A stretch of 36,757 nt of DNA from Candidatus Liptonbacteria bacterium (GTDB lineage: Bacteria > Patescibacteriota > Minisyncoccia > UBA6257 > 2-01-FULL-56-20): positions 1 to 36,757 of the forward strand of contig JAZDLT010000020.1 of assembly GCA_043801735.1 (NCBI GenBank), read 5' to 3'. The notes beneath the pieces were generated by a model. That model had not been told where the DNA came from, made no database searches, and saw only the letters and a list, made by a program, of their open reading frames with translations. Positions 33,179 to 36,757 of the stretch are shown here, piece after piece. Within the stretch, counting starts at the first letter, position 1. Every line of letters begins with the position of its first letter. A program made the translations under genes and the position numbers.

Positions 33179-33622
33179 GTGCCCCCACATTCCACATTCC
33201 ATCCGCCGGCTGGCGGACCACATTCCCGTTCGGCTCAAGCCACCCTGTCCCTCGTTTTTCTGATTGGTGGTATCATTATACTGATGGGCGTGTCCATGGC
33301 CTTTCTGGTCGTGAGCTTTATTAATTCCGGTTTTGGTTTTCAGGCCGCCAATCAAGCATTGGCCGCCGCTTCCGCGGGAGCAAGCGATGCCATGATGCAA
33401 CTTAACCGCAATAAAGATTTTGCGACCACGGGCTACACCGTTCCGGTCAACAGTTACTCCGCCTCGGTCACGGTTTCTCAAAATACCCCCTCGGTCGGAC
33501 AAGCCACCATTATTTCGGAATCCACGGTAAGTCGCAGGAAAAGAAAAATACAGGCCGTAATTTCAGTCAGCTCCTCAACCGGCAGGATAGACGTGGTAAG
33601 CTGGCAGCAACTAAACCTATGA
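33179..33622 (+). CDS. Hypothetical membrane-anchored, pilus-cluster protein (minor-pilin-like; start uncertain)
   Basis: One hydrophobic span (LSLVFLIGGIIILMGVSMAFLVVSF). GTG start. The N-terminal HPPAGGPH is encoded by the hairpin repeat at 33202-33217. Translationally coupled to the next gene (ATGA overlap). Confidence 0.5.
   Translation: MPPHSTFHPPAGGPHSRSAQATLSLVFLIGGIIILMGVSMAFLVVSFINSGFGFQAANQALAAASAGASDAMMQLNRNKDFATTGYTVPVNSYSASVTVSQNTPSVGQATIISESTVSRRKRKIQAVISVSSSTGRIDVVSWQQLNL
33202..33217. repeat. GC-rich hairpin TCCGCC-GGCT-GGCGGA flanked by CCACATTCC direct repeats
   Basis: Sequence context is CCACATTCCACATTCCA[TCCGCCGGCTGGCGGA]CCACATTCC. Confidence 0.7.
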
Positions 33623-35187
33623 ACCCAACCGCCCCCAAATCTTGGCGCGAAATCCCCTCCAGGGTTTTCGGAATCGTGCCCTGGCGGAAAATCTCTTCAA
33701 TGTTGCGCATAACCCCGGTTATCGGCGGGCTGGAAGTCTCGGACACTTCCTTGCGGTACGCCAGCTGGGATGGAGTGCGTTGGTACCTGACAGTCCTGCG
33801 CTTACCGGAAGGCCTAATGCAAGGGGGTAGGATTCAAGATCCGGTTATATTCCGCCAGGCCTTGCGTCAGCTCAAAAGTCAAATTGACGCGATTCAGGGT
33901 GGCCAGCACAGGATAGATGTGGCCGTGTCTTTGAGTTCGGTAAGCGTCTATAGTCAGGTTTTCTCTCTGCCCGTTATTAAGGAAGAAAATTTGGATAGCG
34001 CCGTTCAGCTTAATATCCAAATGGCTTCGCCCAAGAAGGACTCCGAAAACTATTCCGGCTGGCAATTAGTGGGCGAAGATCAAAGCTCCGTGCGTCTGGA
34101 GATATTGAGCGCGTTTATAGAGAGGGGACTGGTAGATAGTATGGTTGGGGCGTTCAAAGACGCCGGTTTTTATGTCCACTCCGTGGAATCGCGCGCCGCT
34201 TCTCTGGCGCGCGTGATTCGAGAGATGGGCGTTGGTTTCGATATTGAAAAATCCTACTTGGTTTTGAGCGTGGATAGCAGCGGCATGGAATTTGTGGTTA
34301 TCCGACGGGGCAACGTCTACTTCCAGTATTTCCTACCCTGGCAGGATGTTTATGGAGCCGAAAAACAAATCTCTCAAGAAAAATTTATAGCGGAGGTGAT
34401 GCGCAGCGTACATCAGGTCCTTAATTTTTATAACACTCACTGGAACGATCCCCTGGCCGGTCTTTATATTGCCGCTTCCAGCTTGGCGGAAGAATTGACA
34501 AACATAGTCCAAAACAACTTTTCTATTCGAGTTCTGAATTTGGAATTAAACTTCCCCCAAAAAGTCGGCCCGGCCTGGTTCGTGGCAATCGGAACGGGAC
34601 TAAGGGGCATGACCTCTCCCCGCAACGATAAGGAAATCAGCTTACTTGGCATCAGCGCGCAAGAGGAGTATAGGCGCGGCTTGGTTTTGCGCTTTTTGGA
34701 ATTTTGGCGGGTGCTTCTGCCGGTAACGCTTGGCATTCTTTTGTTGGTGCTTGTGGGCGGGGATGTTTTTCTGCGCCAGACGCTTCAAGCCATAGAAAAG
34801 AACGACACCCATTTTAGTCCCGGAGAAAGACAAGTGGGCGAGATAGCGGAACTTCAAAAAAAAGCATCAATTTTTAACGAATCCGTCAGTCAGATTGGGA
34901 TGGTGACCAGTTCCCGCGAACCGCGCTATGAGGCGGTTTCCTATCTGAAACTCATTATGGACGAGAGCGACGTGGATCTGGTTCGAATGGTATTTCCCGG
35001 ATTCGATACTAGGATAGATATCAACGGAGAGAGTCCCTCTTTGGATAAAATTACCGCTTTCGCCAGTAGGTTGCGCTCGGATGGACGGCTTTCGGAGGTG
35101 AATCTTGCTTCTCGGGCCACCCCGAATAAAGAAAAAGGCAACTACTCCTTCTCTATCAGCTTCAAGATGTCCCCAAAGACCAGGTGA
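33619..35187 (+). CDS. PilM-like actin-fold protein fused to a TM segment and a PilN/PilO-like C-terminal domain
   Basis: N-terminal region of about 340 aa with a PilM-like pattern (VIGGLEVSDTSLRYA...LPEGLMQGGRIQDP). A TM span VLLPVTLGILLLVLVGG at about aa 365-385. An extracytoplasmic tail of about 130 aa. Confidence 0.6.
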   Translation: MNPTAPKSWREIPSRVFGIVPWRKISSMLRITPVIGGLEVSDTSLRYASWDGVRWYLTVLRLPEGLMQGGRIQDPVIFRQALRQLKSQIDAIQGGQHRIDVAVSLSSVSVYSQVFSLPVIKEENLDSAVQLNIQMASPKKDSENYSGWQLVGEDQSSVRLEILSAFIERGLVDSMVGAFKDAGFYVHSVESRAASLARVIREMGVGFDIEKSYLVLSVDSSGMEFVVIRRGNVYFQYFLPWQDVYGAEKQISQEKFIAEVMRSVHQVLNFYNTHWNDPLAGLYIAASSLAEELTNIVQNNFSIRVLNLELNFPQKVGPAWFVAIGTGLRGMTSPRNDKEISLLGISAQEEYRRGLVLRFLEFWRVLLPVTLGILLLVLVGGDVFLRQTLQAIEKNDTHFSPGERQVGEIAELQKKASIFNESVSQIGMVTSSREPRYEAVSYLKLIMDESDVDLVRMVFPGFDTRIDINGESPSLDKITAFASRLRSDGRLSEVNLASRATPNKEKGNYSFSISFKMSPKTR

Positions 35188-35651
35188 AGTTTCTCTAGGT
35201 CACCGGTAGACATTTTATTAAGCACGAAACCGCCCGCCTTGCCGCTTTTCCCGTGAATGCCGATTCTTATGCGGGTGAAATCGGGTGTGCCCAGTTCTTT
35301 GAGAATAGATAGAATACCCCTATGCCCGGCCGCTCCGCGATTTTTAGAGATCTTATAAGTGCCGAGAACAAGGTCGGATTCGTCCTGTGCCACTAAAAGA
35401 CGTTCTGGTTCGGTCTTAAAGTAGTTTAAAGCGGAAGCAACGGCGCGGCCGGACTCATTCATATATAGGAGAGGTCGCACTAGAATAAAATTTTCCGCGC
35501 GGCGGTATTCGAATGGTCTCCGGCCCGGTCTTTGCCAAGCGGTCCGGCCGGGCAGGAAATCGAGAAACATACGACCCACATTGTGATAGGTTTTATCATA
35601 TTCTTTTCCCGGGGTACCCAGACCCGCCAGAACTATTTTCGTCCCCTTCAT
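35142..35651 (-). CDS. pth: Peptidyl-tRNA hydrolase
   Basis: GLGTPGKEYDKTYHNVG and DESDL motifs. Start trimmed to ATG at 35651 (MKGTKIVLAGLG). The 3' end overlaps the convergent pilMN-like gene by 46 nt. Confidence 0.9.
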   Translation of the reverse strand: MKGTKIVLAGLGTPGKEYDKTYHNVGRMFLDFLPGRTAWQRPGRRPFEYRRAENFILVRPLLYMNESGRAVASALNYFKTEPERLLVAQDESDLVLGTYKISKNRGAAGHRGILSILKELGTPDFTRIRIGIHGKSGKAGGFVLNKMSTGDLEKLHLVFGDILKLIEKE

Positions 35652-35655
35652 TTTC

Positions 35656-35685
35656 TTGACTGTATTATAACCCATAACATATACT
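35656..35685 (+). promoter_or_regulatory. Promoter of lepB, near-leaderless geometry
   Basis: TTGACT (35656-35661), 18-nt spacer, TATACT (35680-35685), then 8 nt to the ATG at 35694. Confidence 0.5.
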
Positions 35686-35693
35686 AACTGACA

Positions 35694-36272
35694 ATGAAAC
35701 AATTTTTTGCCTCCGCGCTGGAGGTTCTGGAGGTGGCCTTTGTGGCCCTTGGTTTGGTCTTTGTGATCCGCACCTTCCTGGTGCAGCCCTTTTTGGTCCA
35801 AGGCGCCAGTATGTCGCCCAACTTTTCGAACGGGGATTATCTTTTGATAGATGAACTAAGTTACTATTTACGCGAGCCCAAACGCGGGGAGGTGGTGGTC
35901 TTCCGGTTTAATCAAGGCGATCAGGAGCGCGAATCTCTGGTCTATTATATTAAGCGGGTTATCGGTTTGCCGGGGGAGACGATCGAGATGAAAGAGGGAA
36001 AAGTCATCGTTTACAACACGGAGAACAAAGAAGGGTTCACCCTCGACGAAAATTATTTGCCGCGCGGACGGGAAACTCTGGTACGCCCCGGCGGTCAAAC
36101 CAAGTTCGCCCTGAAAGAGGGAGAATATCTGGCCTTGGGGGACAATCGTTCCTACAGCTACGACTCCCGTGACTGGGGAGTGGTGCATCGGGACTGGATA
36201 GTAGGCACCGCCCGCTTCCGTCTCTGGCCCCCCCGCGACCTGCAGGTTTTCGCCGCTCCCAACTATCAGTGA
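35694..36272 (+). CDS. lepB: Signal peptidase I
   Basis: Catalytic Ser box GASMSPN, Lys box YIKRVIGLPGE, and GDNRSYSYDSRDWG. Confidence 0.92.
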   Translation: MKQFFASALEVLEVAFVALGLVFVIRTFLVQPFLVQGASMSPNFSNGDYLLIDELSYYLREPKRGEVVVFRFNQGDQERESLVYYIKRVIGLPGETIEMKEGKVIVYNTENKEGFTLDENYLPRGRETLVRPGGQTKFALKEGEYLALGDNRSYSYDSRDWGVVHRDWIVGTARFRLWPPRDLQVFAAPNYQ

Positions 36273-36280
36273 ATAAACAC

Positions 36281-36757
36281 ATGACTGTCAAAAAAGTTAA
36301 GATAAAGACAAAGAAAATTAAAACCAAAGAAGGGTCTTCGGGCATGCAAACCCCCAAGGGCATGCACGATGTCCTGCCGGCGGAGCAACCCTGGTGGGAG
36401 CGGGTCGGAAAAGTTTCCCGGGACCTCGCGGAATTTTACGGCTTTGGTCGGCTGGATACGCCCGTGATGGAGTCCTTGCGCCTCTATGAAAAGGGCACCG
36501 GCTTGGATACGGATATCGTTCAAAAGGAGATGTATGTCGTTAAAACCAAAGGAGGCGACGCCTTGGCCTTACGGCCGGAATTCACGCCCGGAGTTATGCG
36601 CGCCTACTTGCAGCACTCCTTGAGCCGCTTGGGTCAACCCCAGAAACTCTATTCCATCGGACCGGTTTTTAGACACGACAATCCCCAAGCCGGTCGTTTG
36701 CGCCAGTTTACCCAAGTAAACCTGGAAATAGTGGGTGGACAGAATGACCCCATTTAT
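36281..36757 (+). CDS. hisS: Histidine--tRNA ligase, N-terminal 159 codons (runs off the window)
   Basis: Hand translation gives ...PKGMHDVLPAEQ...LRPEFTPGVMRAY...GPVFRHDNPQAGRLRQFTQVNLEIVG (class II motifs 1 and 2). It is not in the ORF track because it is open at the edge. The start may be ATG at 36281 or at 36344. Confidence 0.88.
   Translation, partial: MTVKKVKIKTKKIKTKEGSSGMQTPKGMHDVLPAEQPWWERVGKVSRDLAEFYGFGRLDTPVMESLRLYEKGTGLDTDIVQKEMYVVKTKGGDALALRPEFTPGVMRAYLQHSLSRLGQPQKLYSIGPVFRHDNPQAGRLRQFTQVNLEIVGGQNDPIY

Overview
This is a 36.8 kb chromosomal segment of densely packed housekeeping genes. In order: an ABC-2 exporter pair; a single 2268-codon rpoB-rpoC fusion ORF; rpsF-ssb-rpsR; a PAP2 phosphatase; parA-parB; a RelA/SpoT enzyme; a 1061-aa secreted multidomain surface protein; dprA-topA; tRNA-Val and tRNA-Ile; an RluA-family pseudouridine synthase; a type IV pilus-like cluster (pilin, pilB, pilC, two pseudopilins, a Trp-repeat protein, a PilM-PilN-like fusion); and pth, lepB and the 5' part of hisS. 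Gene content and repeat style suggest a small-genome CPR/Patescibacteria-like bacterium. That assignment is inference only, since no search was possible.

The most unusual locus is at about 10.8-13.5 kb. A complete, apparently self-cleavable LexA repressor is fused in frame to a beta-class SPPY (predicted m4C) DNA methyltransferase. It lies convergent with a low-GC 312-aa gene of unknown function. That gene is bracketed by an exact 11-bp direct repeat resembling the 3' end of the adjacent tRNA-Leu. I read this as a candidate SOS-coupled modification/restriction-like or defence module.

Other observations:
- A GxxExxY (PD-(D/E)XK-like) ORF bounded by about 45-bp terminal inverted repeats sits between pilB and pilC, with a perfect 51-bp duplication.
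- Families of short GC-rich hairpin repeats occur in spacers and also in frame in the 5' ends of pilus genes.
- Three perfect DnaA boxes sit just upstream of promoters.
- Several promoters have leaderless geometry.
- tRNA-Val and tRNA-Ile have a C55 T-loop.
- topA carries a heptamer tandem repeat inside an in-frame insertion.
- The surface protein contains a triplicated six-Cys module.

Two edge-truncated genes missing from the ORF track were recovered by hand translation: the permease at 1-763 and hisS at 36281-36757.
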